Positions 45,124 through 54,129 of a stretch of DNA of 64,000 nt are shown piece by piece. The first letter of the stretch is position 1, and each line of letters starts with the position of its first letter. A model generated the notes under the pieces. The model worked only from the letters and a program-made list of their open reading frames with translations, did no database searches and was not told the origin of the DNA. Both the position numbers and the translations under genes were made by a program. This DNA is from Bacteroidales bacterium (GTDB lineage Bacteria > Bacteroidota > Bacteroidia > Bacteroidales > Marinilabiliaceae), in contig JAFYCM010000001.1 in the NCBI GenBank assembly GCA_017539645.1, forward strand, positions 23,342 to 87,341, given 5' to 3'.

Positions 45124-45363
45124 ATGCAGAATATTCGACACAAAACGATGAAAGACAATCGCGAAATACGCGAACATAAAGTAACTATTTGCTTGTCCGA
45201 TAAAGAGTTACAAATCATTGATGAGTATGCCAAGAAACACCGTAAGCCGAGCCGTGCAGCCACAATACGCGAGAGTGCTGTGCGCTACGTAATGGGCCGA
45301 CTTGTGGAAGACTACCCATCGTTGTTTGACCAATGTTGTGCCGAAAATTCTGTTAATCGATAG
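45124..45363 (+). CDS. Small hypothetical protein, possibly a ribbon-helix-helix DNA-binding fold
   Basis: KVTICLSDKELQIIDEYAKKHRKPSRAATIRESAVRYV has the beta-strand/helix/helix spacing of RHH (CopG/MobC-like) proteins. It ends 2 nt before the MerR gene. The family assignment is weak. Confidence 0.45.
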   Translation: MQNIRHKTMKDNREIREHKVTICLSDKELQIIDEYAKKHRKPSRAATIRESAVRYVMGRLVEDYPSLFDQCCAENSVNR

Positions 45364-45365
45364 CT

Positions 45366-45722
45366 ATGGAAAGTCCTCAAGAAAAGAAAAACAACAAACT
45401 CTTCTACTCCATTGGCGAAGTGGCTGAGATGTTCAACGTCAAAGTGTCGCTCATTCGCTATTGGGAGAATGAGTTTGATATTCTGAAGCCGCAACGCAAT
45501 AAGAAGGGCAATCGCCTATTCACGCAGCGCGACATAGATAACTTGCGCATGATATTCATATTGGTGCGCGAACGAGGACTGACCATTGCTGGCGTAAAAA
45601 AGAAGTTGCAAGACAATCGTCAGGATACCATAAATAATATAGAAGTGGTGAAGCGTCTCGAAGATGTGCGCGCACAACTCGTAAATATTGCCAATCTGCT
45701 AAAGAGCAAGCCAAATGAGTGA
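45366..45722 (+). CDS. MerR family transcriptional regulator
   Basis: LFYSIGEVAEMFNVKVSLIRYWENEFDILKPQRNKKGNRLFTQRDIDNLRMI is a MerR-type wHTH. Confidence 0.85.
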   Translation: MESPQEKKNNKLFYSIGEVAEMFNVKVSLIRYWENEFDILKPQRNKKGNRLFTQRDIDNLRMIFILVRERGLTIAGVKKKLQDNRQDTINNIEVVKRLEDVRAQLVNIANLLKSKPNE

Positions 45723-46500
45723 TATTACCGTAGGCGTCGTTGCCGATATTATAAACTCGCAATATCCCGAAGCCACTCAAGACTCTTGGGACAACAGTGG
45801 ATTGCTCGTTGGTTGCCGCACCGACAAAGTTACTTGCGTACTTACGTCGGTAGATATTACCGAGGAGGTTGTCGACGAAGCCATAGCCGAAGGTTGCAAT
45901 ATGATTGTGGCGCATCACCCGCTGATGTTTCGCGGACTGAAACGTCTTGTTGGCTCAACAGGTGAGCAGCGCGTAATTATGAAAGCCTTGCAGCGTGGCA
46001 TCGCACTGTATGCATCGCACACCTGCTGCGACAAAAGTCCCAAAGGCACAAGTGCGCGACTTGCCGAAATGATTGGCTTGCAGCACTGCAGCATACTTAT
46101 TCCCGAAGCCGATGGCTCGATTGGTTACGGCGTAGTGGGCGAATTGCCGTCAGCTATGGCGGTGAACGATTTTGCTACGTACGTAAAAACGAAAGTCGGT
46201 TGCAGCAGCATACGTATGAGCGGCGACGCAGAGAAAATCTCGCGCGTGGCAATATGTACGGGAAGCGGCTCGGAATTCGTGTCCGATGCGGTGAAGAGCC
46301 ATGCCGACGCGTACATAACAGCCGACGTGAAATATCACCAAATGGCAGAGGCTGGCGAGCGCATCGTCATTGCCGATATAGGGCATTGGGAAAGCGAACA
46401 GATGACCAAACAACTTTTTTATGATTTATTATCAGGGAAAATATCTAAATTCGCGCGCTGTAAAATGAGCCAATGCTCTAACCCTATAAAATACATTTGA
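45715..46500 (+). CDS. Nif3-like dinuclear metal center protein (GTP cyclohydrolase 1 type 2 homolog)
   Basis: WDNSGLLVG, MIVAHHPLMFRGLK, LYASHTCCD and ITADVKYHQ motifs. 8-nt overlap with the merR-like gene. Confidence 0.88.
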   Translation: MSDITVGVVADIINSQYPEATQDSWDNSGLLVGCRTDKVTCVLTSVDITEEVVDEAIAEGCNMIVAHHPLMFRGLKRLVGSTGEQRVIMKALQRGIALYASHTCCDKSPKGTSARLAEMIGLQHCSILIPEADGSIGYGVVGELPSAMAVNDFATYVKTKVGCSSIRMSGDAEKISRVAICTGSGSEFVSDAVKSHADAYITADVKYHQMAEAGERIVIADIGHWESEQMTKQLFYDLLSGKISKFARCKMSQCSNPIKYI

Positions 46501-46511
46501 TTAATAGATAT

Positions 46512-47306
46512 ATGGCATCTACTGAAACAAAAGCAACAGTCAAAGAGGCATCTGTAGAGGAACGTCTCAGAGCCCTTTACGACTTGCAAAAAGTAAGCAC
46601 CGAAATCGACAAAATCAGAACGCTCCGCGGCGAACTTCCTCTCGAAGTGCAAGACCTCGAAGACGAAATTGCCGGTTTGGAAACGCGCATTGCTAACTTC
46701 GATGATGAAATCGACAAACTAAATGCCGACATTGCTAATAAGAAACACGAGATAAAGGACGCTGAAGCTGCCATCAAGAAATATGAAGAGCAGCAGAATA
46801 CCGTTCGTAACAATCGTGAATATGACGCGATCTCTAAAGAGATTGAATATCAGAATCTTGAGAAACAGCTCTGCGAAAAACGCATCCGCGAATACACTGC
46901 AGAACTCGAGAGAAAGAAACAACTCTCTGAGGACGCTAAAGTTCGCATGTCGGAGCGCAAAGCCGATTTGCAGGTAAAGAGCTCGGAACTCGACTCTATC
47001 GTAGCCGACACCAAGCAAGACGAGGATAGACTCCTTGCCGAGGCTGCTAAGATTAGCGAGAATATCAACGAGCGCGAGCTTGCATCGTTCAACCGTATTC
47101 GTGGTAATGCACGCAATGGTTTGGCAGTAGTTACCGTTAGCCGTGGTGCTTGTGGCGGTTGCTTCAACAAGATTCCACCTCAACGTCAGCTCGACATTCG
47201 CCTCCGCAAGAAACTCATCGTTTGCGAGTACTGCGGTCGCATCTTGGTTGACAACGACATTGATACTCCTATGGCTGAACTCGATTTCGCTAAGGAGTCG
47301 AAATAA
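46512..47306 (+). CDS. Coiled-coil C4 zinc-ribbon protein (COG1579/DUF164 type), the usual NIF3 partner
   Basis: Long coiled coil, then CGGCFNKIPPQ...VCEYCGRIL. The start is set at ATG 46512. Confidence 0.85.
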   Translation: MASTETKATVKEASVEERLRALYDLQKVSTEIDKIRTLRGELPLEVQDLEDEIAGLETRIANFDDEIDKLNADIANKKHEIKDAEAAIKKYEEQQNTVRNNREYDAISKEIEYQNLEKQLCEKRIREYTAELERKKQLSEDAKVRMSERKADLQVKSSELDSIVADTKQDEDRLLAEAAKISENINERELASFNRIRGNARNGLAVVTVSRGACGGCFNKIPPQRQLDIRLRKKLIVCEYCGRILVDNDIDTPMAELDFAKESK

Positions 47307-47338
47307 GATTCAGAAAAAAAGTTATAAGTATGTGTCTA

Positions 47339-47363
47339 GGGCTGCCGTTGGGTGGCCCTTTTT
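47339..47363 (+). terminator. Rho-independent terminator after the Zn-ribbon gene
   Basis: gggctgcc-gttg-ggtggccc: an 8-bp stem with two G-U pairs, followed by ttttt. Confidence 0.65.
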
Positions 47364-47385
47364 ATGTAAGTACGTATATATAAGT

Positions 47386-47979
47386 ATGATACAAATCGAC
47401 GACAAGATTATAAGTAGCGATGTATTTCTGAGTAAGTATTGCTGCGACCTTAGCAAATGTGCTGGCGAATGCTGTGTAGAGGGCGACTCGGGTGCTCCGC
47501 TCGAAGATGACGAAACGGAAATTCTCGAACGCATCTACCCAATAGTGGAGCAATACCTCAACGACAAAGAGCGCGCCGAGATTGCTCGCCAAGGCAAATG
47601 GGTAGTCGACGAAGATGGCGATAAGGTTACGCCGATAATAAATGGTCGCGAGTGTGTATATACGTATAGAGACGAAGACGGCTGCTGGAAATGCGCCATC
47701 GAACGCGCCTATCGCGAGGGCAAGATAGATTTCTACAAGCCCATCTCGTGCCATCTGTACCCAATACGCGTGTCGAAATACACATCATACGAGGCGCTTA
47801 ACGTTCATGATTGGACGGTGTGCAAGGCGGCTAAAGTGCTTGGCGACAAACTTGGTTTGCCAGTGTATAAATTTCTCCGCGAGCCAATTATCCGTAAGTA
47901 TGGCGAAGAATTCTACAAACAGCTCGAAATAGCTGCACCAGAAGTTGAACGCAGTTTCGGTTCGAGAAATAAGAGATAG
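47386..47979 (+). CDS. DUF3109 family Cys-rich protein
   Basis: MIQIDDKIISSDVFLSKYCCDLSKCAGECCVEGDSGAPL is the DUF3109 N-terminal signature. The start is at ATG 47386; the track ORF is extended upstream through the previous gene. Confidence 0.8.
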   Translation: MIQIDDKIISSDVFLSKYCCDLSKCAGECCVEGDSGAPLEDDETEILERIYPIVEQYLNDKERAEIARQGKWVVDEDGDKVTPIINGRECVYTYRDEDGCWKCAIERAYREGKIDFYKPISCHLYPIRVSKYTSYEALNVHDWTVCKAAKVLGDKLGLPVYKFLREPIIRKYGEEFYKQLEIAAPEVERSFGSRNKR

Positions 47980-47981
47980 AA

Positions 47982-48058
47982 GCAGACGATTGAAAATTAT
48001 AAATCTGCAGAAATCAGTTCAAATTCATAAAATCTGCGTCTCTAATTATGAATTCGTC
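47982..48058. repeat. Related intergenic element (AAATCTGC direct repeats plus a 9-bp AATTCATAA hairpin)
   Basis: aaatctgcag / aaaatctgcg direct repeats. aattcataa (48022-48030) pairs with ttatgaatt (48046-48054). Confidence 0.5.
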
Positions 48059-48141
48059 ATCGCCAAAAAGTAAAAATTGGTTAATATTGCCGCGCTTTGA
48101 TGTGTAACCAATCATCTAACAACCGAAATAAAACTAAAACA

Positions 48142-49131
48142 ATGAGTAAAGAAAAGCAATTGGCTCTTGGTATCGACATTGGCGGCACAAATACCGCTAT
48201 TGGTGTTGTCGATGAAGCCGGTAATGTGTTGATAAAAAAGTCTATAGAGACACCTAAGCATGGCGATGCTAACCTATACGTAAGTAGTATGGCAGAGACC
48301 ATTCGCGAATTGATTCGCGACGTGAAGCAACTCAATGCCGACACGAATGTTCTTGGTATAGGCATTGGCGCGCCTAACGCAAATTATTATTCTGGAAATA
48401 TTGAGCATGCGCCAAACCTTTCGTTCAAAGGAGTTGTTCCGCTTGTAAATATGCTCAAATCGGAATTCCCCGAACTTGCGCACATCGCACTCACCAACGA
48501 TGCTAATGCAGCAGCAATGGGCGAGATGATTTATGGCGGTGCAAAGGGAATGAAGGATTTCGTTATGTACACGCTTGGAACAGGCGTTGGCAGCGGCATA
48601 ATAGTAAACGGCGACTTGGTTTACGGCTGCAACGGTTTTGCTGGCGAATGCGGCCACACGATGTTGGTGCCTGGCGGACGCGCTTGCGGCTGTGGCATCA
48701 ACGGACACTTGGAGTCGTATTGCTCGGCTGGTGGTATCAAACGTACGGCTTTCGAGCTCCTTGCATACTACAATGCTACCGACAGCGAACTCGCTAACAA
48801 ATCGTTCAACGAGCTTACCGCTAAAGATGTATGCATAGCAGCACAAAACGGCGATAAGATTGCCCTCGAAGTGTTCGAGCGTACAGGCGATTATCTCGCG
48901 CGCGGCATGGCCGATACTATCCATCACACCGCACCTGAGGCTGTTTTCTTGTTTGGTGGTCCTACGGCGGCTGGCGAGATTCTCTTTGAGCCAATTCGTC
49001 GCAACCTCGACAAATATCTATTGCCAACCTTCAAAGGCACGGTGAAGATCATTCCTTCGCAACTCAAACTTGGCGACGCCGCTATCGTTGGCGCTTCGGC
49101 TTTGGTTTGGAAGGAAGTTGAGAAGAATTAA
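48142..49131 (+). CDS. ROK family sugar kinase (glucokinase-like)
   Basis: LGIDIGGTNTAIGVV ATP site. GIGAPN, and ROK zinc motif GFAGECGHTMLVPGGRACGCGINGHLE. Confidence 0.88.
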   Translation: MSKEKQLALGIDIGGTNTAIGVVDEAGNVLIKKSIETPKHGDANLYVSSMAETIRELIRDVKQLNADTNVLGIGIGAPNANYYSGNIEHAPNLSFKGVVPLVNMLKSEFPELAHIALTNDANAAAMGEMIYGGAKGMKDFVMYTLGTGVGSGIIVNGDLVYGCNGFAGECGHTMLVPGGRACGCGINGHLESYCSAGGIKRTAFELLAYYNATDSELANKSFNELTAKDVCIAAQNGDKIALEVFERTGDYLARGMADTIHHTAPEAVFLFGGPTAAGEILFEPIRRNLDKYLLPTFKGTVKIIPSQLKLGDAAIVGASALVWKEVEKN

Positions 49132-49151
49132 GTTATTATATATAAGTTGAA

Positions 49152-49185
49152 AGGCTGGTTTTCGAAAGGAAGCCAGCCTTTTTTG
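49152..49185 (+). terminator. Rho-independent terminator after the ROK kinase gene
   Basis: aggctggtt-ttcgaaagg-aagccagcct followed by tttttt. Confidence 0.7.
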
Positions 49186-49252
49186 TTCTAATAATTTCAT
49201 CAGTATGCAATAGCATTTTTGTTTGAGGGGAATTTCAAATCTGCGCGAAAAC

Positions 49253-49283
49253 AAAAAAGGCCAACATCGCCATGATGTTGACC
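49253..49283 (-). terminator. Rho-independent terminator after the yebC-like gene
   Basis: On the minus strand: ggtcaacatc-atggc-gatgttggcc (10 bp with one G-U pair), followed by uuuuuu. Confidence 0.7.
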
Positions 49284-49308
49284 TCTCATACTTATGCTTG
49301 TATAGATA

Positions 49309-50043
49309 TTATTCTGCGAAATCGTCAGCGTTGCCGATGGTGTGGAACACTTGCGTAACGTCTTCGTCTTCCTCGAGTTTGTTGAGGAGTTTTTCGATTT
49401 CTGCCCACTGTTCAGCGGTGACGTCTTTAGTGTCGGTAGGTATGCGTTCGAATTCGGCGCTTACAATCTCGAGACCATTCTCTTCGAGATATTTTTGGAT
49501 AGGACCGAACGACTCGTATTCGCCATAAATATTTATAACGCCCTCGTCGTCGACGAAGAGTTCAGAAACGCCGAAGTCGATCATTTCGAGTTCAAGATTT
49601 TCGAGGTCAAGGCCCTCTTTGTTGTTAATCTTGAATACGCATTTGTGTTCGAAGAGGTATTCTACAGAACCGCTCGTACCAAGCGAACCTCCGAATTTGT
49701 TGAAGTAACTACGTACGTTAGCAACGGTGCGGGTTGGGTTGTCGGTAGCGGTTTCAACGAGTACTGCTATGCCGTAAGGTGCGCGACCTTCATATACCAA
49801 TTCTTTGTAATCCGTTTGATCCTTGCTTGTTGCCTTCTTTATTGCACGCTCGATGTTTTCTTTTGGCATGTTGGCAACCTTTGCGTTTTGAATGAGCACG
49901 CGCAATTTAGAGTTTGAGTGTGGGTCAGGACCACCGGCTTTTACTGCGTTAATAATCTCCTTACCTATTTTGGTAAAAGTTTTAGCCATGTTGCCCCAGC
50001 GCTTCAATTTGCGGGCTTTTCTGTATTCAAAGGCTCTTCCCAT
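49309..50043 (-). CDS. YebC/PmpR family DNA-binding transcriptional regulator
   Basis: MGRAFEYRKARKLKRWGNMAKTFTKIGKEI...AKVANMPKENIERAIKKA are family-defining motifs. Confidence 0.92.
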   Translation of the reverse strand: MGRAFEYRKARKLKRWGNMAKTFTKIGKEIINAVKAGGPDPHSNSKLRVLIQNAKVANMPKENIERAIKKATSKDQTDYKELVYEGRAPYGIAVLVETATDNPTRTVANVRSYFNKFGGSLGTSGSVEYLFEHKCVFKINNKEGLDLENLELEMIDFGVSELFVDDEGVINIYGEYESFGPIQKYLEENGLEIVSAEFERIPTDTKDVTAEQWAEIEKLLNKLEEDEDVTQVFHTIGNADDFAE

Positions 50044-50085
50044 CTATCTGTTATTTAGAATGTTTATGTTAATATTTACGGGCGG

Positions 50086-50093
50086 CAAAATTA
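50086..50093 (-). promoter_or_regulatory. -7 promoter box for the yebC-like gene
   Basis: The minus strand reads TAATTTTG, about 43 nt upstream of ATG 50043. Confidence 0.5.
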
Positions 50094-50204
50094 TCTTTTT
50101 TCGCCGATATGACACGGATTTTTCTTTTGAATATTTATCGCCTAATTGAACGAAAGTAAAACGTAGCGTTTGTTGGAAAGTCGTTCAATAAGTATGCATT
50201 AACG

Positions 50205-51323
50205 TCAAAATTTGCTGCCAACAACGTCGATAATAACAATTTCGGATATTGTGCCGATGCGCACGCGAGGTCCCCAAGTGCCAAAACCGCTCGTAACTAT
50301 TGCCGTTGTTTGGTTGCCATTAGGTGCTTGGTATACTTTCTTGCCGTAGTCGATGTCGTAGATGGCGCTGGTGGCGAAGTTGAATGGAAATACCTGCCCA
50401 GCGTGCGTATGACCGCTAAGATGCAGCAGTGCACCAACGTTCGTCGATTCGTCAATTGCGCCTGGCTGGTGGTCTATTACGATTGTTGGTAGCGAATCGG
50501 TGAGCGCGGCGAGTTGTGCACGTTGTAAGCCTCGACGATTAACAGAAAGATCATCGCGCCCAATCACGCGAAATCCAGCCACATCGGCAGCTGAATCTTT
50601 CAGCACTACGATGCCTTTTCGTTGTAGATATGCCACAACTTCCTCATTCTCTGCCATATAGTCGTGGTTGCCAACAACGCCATACGTACCGTATTTACAA
50701 TTGATATGGCACATCGGCTCTGCCAAATCGTTGTCGACAACGGTGCGCGTGTCGCCATCGAAGAAGTCGCCACCAATAAGGCAGATGTCGGCATTCTCGG
50801 CGTTTATCATATCTACAAGGCGCGTCATATCGTCGCGGCGAATGGCGAAACCGAGATGCAAATCGGAAATGAACGCCACGCGAATGGTATCGCCACGTTG
50901 CATCTGGCTGTTCTGCACCGTGTAGCGCGTTACGTGAGTAGTGAAAGCGTTATACGTACCCACGCACATTATGAGTACCAATGCGGCGCCTAATCCCACG
51001 AACGTAGCACGATTGAGCGGCACAAGGTTGCGGTCGCATTTCTTGGCTATGTATCTGGCCAAGAGCAATAGCGCCATAAGTATGTCGGCGTAAAGAATTA
51101 TCACCAACCATGTGCAACCTACTACATATATAACTCGGTTAACGATGTCGGGGAGGAAACTGCTTACGGCTCTACCTATAAAAAATAGGTACGAGAGCAA
51201 GCCCCACGCCACGTAGAACACCACTTTGTTGCGCGTCTTAGCTATGGTTTTGCCAATATGTATGGCGGTGAAGAACGCTAAAATGCTGTAGATGGCTACT
51301 ACTACAAAGAATATTATGGCCAT
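50205..51323 (-). CDS. Membrane-anchored metallophosphoesterase (YkuE-like)
   Basis: Four N-terminal TM helices, then calcineurin-like motifs ISDLHLG, GGDFFDG, GNHD, SGHTHAGQ. Confidence 0.88.
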   Translation of the reverse strand: MAIIFFVVVAIYSILAFFTAIHIGKTIAKTRNKVVFYVAWGLLSYLFFIGRAVSSFLPDIVNRVIYVVGCTWLVIILYADILMALLLLARYIAKKCDRNLVPLNRATFVGLGAALVLIMCVGTYNAFTTHVTRYTVQNSQMQRGDTIRVAFISDLHLGFAIRRDDMTRLVDMINAENADICLIGGDFFDGDTRTVVDNDLAEPMCHINCKYGTYGVVGNHDYMAENEEVVAYLQRKGIVVLKDSAADVAGFRVIGRDDLSVNRRGLQRAQLAALTDSLPTIVIDHQPGAIDESTNVGALLHLSGHTHAGQVFPFNFATSAIYDIDYGKKVYQAPNGNQTTAIVTSGFGTWGPRVRIGTISEIVIIDVVGSKF

Positions 51324-51340
51324 AAATGTACGTATGGTTT

Positions 51341-52450
51341 TTATAACTGGCTCTCCTTCATGCGTTCGGCATTTTCTGCAACTATCAGGTGGTCGATGCA
51401 GTCTTGAATATCGCCGTCCATAAAGGCGTTGAGGTTATAGATGGTATAGTTAATACGGTGGTCGGTGATGCGACCTTGTGGATAGTTATACGTACGAATC
51501 TTAGCCGAGCGGTCGCCAGTAGAGACCATCGTCTTACGCTTCGAAGCGATGTCGTCGATATATTTCTGATGCTCTTTGTCGTATATAAATGTACGCAAAC
51601 GGCTCAATGCACGCTCTTTGTTCTTAGGTTGGTCGCGGGTTTCGGTACACTCGATGAGAATCTCCTCCACAACGCCCGTGTTAGGATTCTTCCAGTTGTA
51701 GCGCAGACGCACGCCCGATTCAACCTTGTTGACGTTCTGACCACCTGCGCCGCTGCTTCGGAAAGTATCCCATTTTATCTCGCCTTCGTTAATTTCTACA
51801 TCAAACGGCTCAGCCTCAGGCAGAATGGCCACCGATGCTGCCGATGTATGCACGCGACCTTGAGTTTCGGTAGCTGGCACACGCTGCACGCGATGTACGC
51901 CCGACTCGTATTTCAGCGTGCCGTAGACCTTCTCGCCCGTCACAGAGCAGATGATTTCCTTGAAACCGCCTGCCGAACCTTCGCTGAAGCTCGAAATGGT
52001 AAGGTTCCAGCCCTTGCTCTCGCAATATTTAGAGTACATACGGAAAAGGTCGCCAGCAAAGAGAGCTGCCTCGTCGCCGCCCGTACCACCACGAATTTCA
52101 AGGATGACATTGCGGTCATCTTGTGGGTCGGAAGGGATGAGCAGGAGTTTTATCTCCTCCTCGAGTTTCGGAATCTCAGCCTCGCATGTCGACACTTGCT
52201 CGCGCGCCATTTCGCGCATCTCTGGGTCGCTTTCTGAGCTGAGGAGCTCTTTGGCTTCGTCTAAACCTTCGAGAGCCTCTACGTATTTTTTTCTAACAGC
52301 CAAAATGCTGCTGAGGTCTTTGTATTCTTTTGTGAGTTTTATGAATCTGCGTTGGTCAGCAATCACATTTGGGTCGGTAATGAGAGTCGACACCTCGTCG
52401 AATCGTGAGCGCAGACCTTCTAATCGCTCTAAAATTGTATTGTTTGCCAT
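51341..52450 (-). CDS. prfA: Peptide chain release factor 1
   Basis: GGQ motif SGAGGQNVNKVES. RF1-type P-x-T tripeptide (RVPATETQGR). 369 aa. Confidence 0.95.
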   Translation of the reverse strand: MANNTILERLEGLRSRFDEVSTLITDPNVIADQRRFIKLTKEYKDLSSILAVRKKYVEALEGLDEAKELLSSESDPEMREMAREQVSTCEAEIPKLEEEIKLLLIPSDPQDDRNVILEIRGGTGGDEAALFAGDLFRMYSKYCESKGWNLTISSFSEGSAGGFKEIICSVTGEKVYGTLKYESGVHRVQRVPATETQGRVHTSAASVAILPEAEPFDVEINEGEIKWDTFRSSGAGGQNVNKVESGVRLRYNWKNPNTGVVEEILIECTETRDQPKNKERALSRLRTFIYDKEHQKYIDDIASKRKTMVSTGDRSAKIRTYNYPQGRITDHRINYTIYNLNAFMDGDIQDCIDHLIVAENAERMKESQL

Positions 52451-52470
52451 TTCATTTTCTAATTACGCGG

Positions 52471-52478
52471 CAAAAGTA
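52471..52478 (-). promoter_or_regulatory. -7 promoter box for prfA
   Basis: The minus strand reads TACTTTTG, about 20 nt upstream of ATG 52450. Confidence 0.5.
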
Positions 52479-52597
52479 GCGTATTTTCCATAAGCATAAA
52501 GATGTAATAATCAGCAATTCGTGTTGTCTTGAATCATAAAAAAACATAATTATGAAAAAAAAACGTCAGAAACTTGCTTGGAATTATAAACTCGTTG

Positions 52598-52605
52598 TAT
52601 TTTTG
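52598..52605 (+). promoter_or_regulatory. Orphan -7 promoter box (drives the candidate sRNA)
   Basis: TATTTTTG in the same GTATTTTTGC context as the 15366 promoter. No plus-strand CDS lies downstream. Confidence 0.45.
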
Positions 52606-52611
52606 CCCCAG

Positions 52612-52816
52612 TCGAATAATGCTAATGCAAGCTAACACGCACTTGTAAGTTTTATAGTATTATAGATAACAACAAAGTGACATGTTCGGCGATAGCATAA
52701 GTATTCTTTGATTAGCAAAGTTTGTATTACTAAGAGTGATTGTTTTCAGACTTAGTAGTGCGGATTTTTGGAGAAAGAAATTCTGTACGTGTTGCAATAG
52801 AGTGCAACATTTTTTT
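52612..52816 (+). ncRNA. Candidate ~200-nt small RNA (promoter-to-terminator unit, unknown family)
   Basis: A consensus -7 box TATTTTTG sits at 52598-52605, with TTG about 20 nt upstream. It is followed about 190 nt later by an intrinsic terminator at 52791-52816. The interval holds only very short ORFs and is convergent with the neighbouring minus-strand gene. Confidence 0.4.
52791..52816 (+). terminator. Rho-independent terminator with no plus-strand CDS upstream
   Basis: gttgca-atagag-tgcaac, then a and ttttttt. Confidence 0.65.
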
Positions 52817-52831
52817 CATAGTGTGTGTTTT

Positions 52832-52871
52832 GGCGCCATTCCCGATGTGATATCAGGTTGGCGCTTTTTTT
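52832..52871 (+). terminator. Second plus-strand rho-independent terminator (backup)
   Basis: ggcgcca...(20-nt loop)...tggcgc followed by ttttttt. Confidence 0.55.
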
Positions 52872-52962
52872 ATTGCTATTTATAGCGTGTCAGGACGACA
52901 AAAAATATGCTCAGACTGCCACAGAATGACAATCATGCATACGTAAAAAAAGTTTGAGCGTG

Positions 52963-54129
52963 CTACTTATTGCTCGATTGTGGCAAAAAACGTTTGAAAT
53001 TCCTGCGAGCCAATCCGCCAGTGATTATTTGGAAAAACTTGTGCAATAGTTCAGCTGTTACTTCGGTGTGCGATAGTGCAAAAGCTTGCATTCGGCGTTT
53101 TAGATAGAGTTCGTATACATTATGTACGATGGATATTCCGACGTCGTGCTTGAGGTCGTTGCCGAAATTGCCCGTTTCTTCCACCATCAGCCATAGTTTT
53201 TTAGCAAGTTTTATCTCCGATGAGGTTAGCGGTTTGCCGTTGAGCATCATTTCGCTCCAACGAAATCCGAGATGGGTTATGGCAAAGTAGAATAGAATGC
53301 GGAACATGCGCATGGCGTGCGTGCCTTCGAGAATCTCTCGCAGTTGGGGCCAATCGACATCGCATTTGTAGCGTTCCCAGCACAGCGACCAATCATAAAT
53401 ATGCCTCAATCCAATGCCGCTACTTGTAAAATGCTTACGTATGTGCAGCGTATGTAGCAGAACTTCAATTTCTGGTGGCAAAATATTTACTTGATACTGA
53501 AATATTTGCATTTGCGGAATGGAGATATTCTCATTGTCGAAATGCGCCGCTAAAAAACGCGCCAATCGTCGTTTAGATGGCCACCAATAAGTATTTTGAA
53601 GGGTTTTGTGCAGTTCAATGTCGAAGTTGTCTTTCTTATAAATGGCGTGAATGGGGTATTCGCGGTCGAATGTGTAGCCAAGTTTGTTCATCGCCAAGCT
53701 GGCTTTACTGAAATGGGCAGGCGATACATAAATATCTATGTCGCCAATTCGGCGATGAGCCGGAATGGGGTAGTGCGAAGCGCTGCATTGACCTTTGAGC
53801 AAGGCATAACGAATGTTGGCTGTTGCGAAAATAGAGGCAATGCGCACAATCTCGGAGTTGTGGGTGTGGTGCAACTTTTCGAGCGCCGCAACCGAAGCCG
53901 CCCATTGAGCAAAAAGCAATTTGTCTTGCGGAGCAACGTATGTATGCAAAGGCAAATCGGCAAGCATACCATCTACAGCTTGGCGTCGAGCGCAACGTAT
54001 CACCGAGCCGAAGTCCAGCGTCTTGATGTCGGCCGAAATTGGTTCGTGGTGAATGGCGCTATTGGCCAGCGAAACAACTATTTGAAAAGCAGATGACATA
54101 TGTACAAAAGTATGATTTACGATTGTCAT
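52963..54129 (-). CDS. Uncharacterised nucleotidyltransferase family protein (NTP_transf_5 / PF14907-like)
   Basis: IRYALLKGQCSASHYPIPAHRRIGDIDIYVSPAHFSKASLAMNKLGY fits the LKG...Y......R...D[IL]D[IL]LV pattern of this family. Alternative start at 54099. Confidence 0.75.
   Translation of the reverse strand: MTIVNHTFVHMSSAFQIVVSLANSAIHHEPISADIKTLDFGSVIRCARRQAVDGMLADLPLHTYVAPQDKLLFAQWAASVAALEKLHHTHNSEIVRIASIFATANIRYALLKGQCSASHYPIPAHRRIGDIDIYVSPAHFSKASLAMNKLGYTFDREYPIHAIYKKDNFDIELHKTLQNTYWWPSKRRLARFLAAHFDNENISIPQMQIFQYQVNILPPEIEVLLHTLHIRKHFTSSGIGLRHIYDWSLCWERYKCDVDWPQLREILEGTHAMRMFRILFYFAITHLGFRWSEMMLNGKPLTSSEIKLAKKLWLMVEETGNFGNDLKHDVGISIVHNVYELYLKRRMQAFALSHTEVTAELLHKFFQIITGGLARRNFKRFLPQSSNK

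Noticed and set aside
51389-52237. 282-aa plus-strand ORF inside prfA, and the 180-aa ORF 51951-52493
   Set aside because: They are antisense or alternative-frame to release factor 1 (GGQ and PAT motifs on the minus strand).
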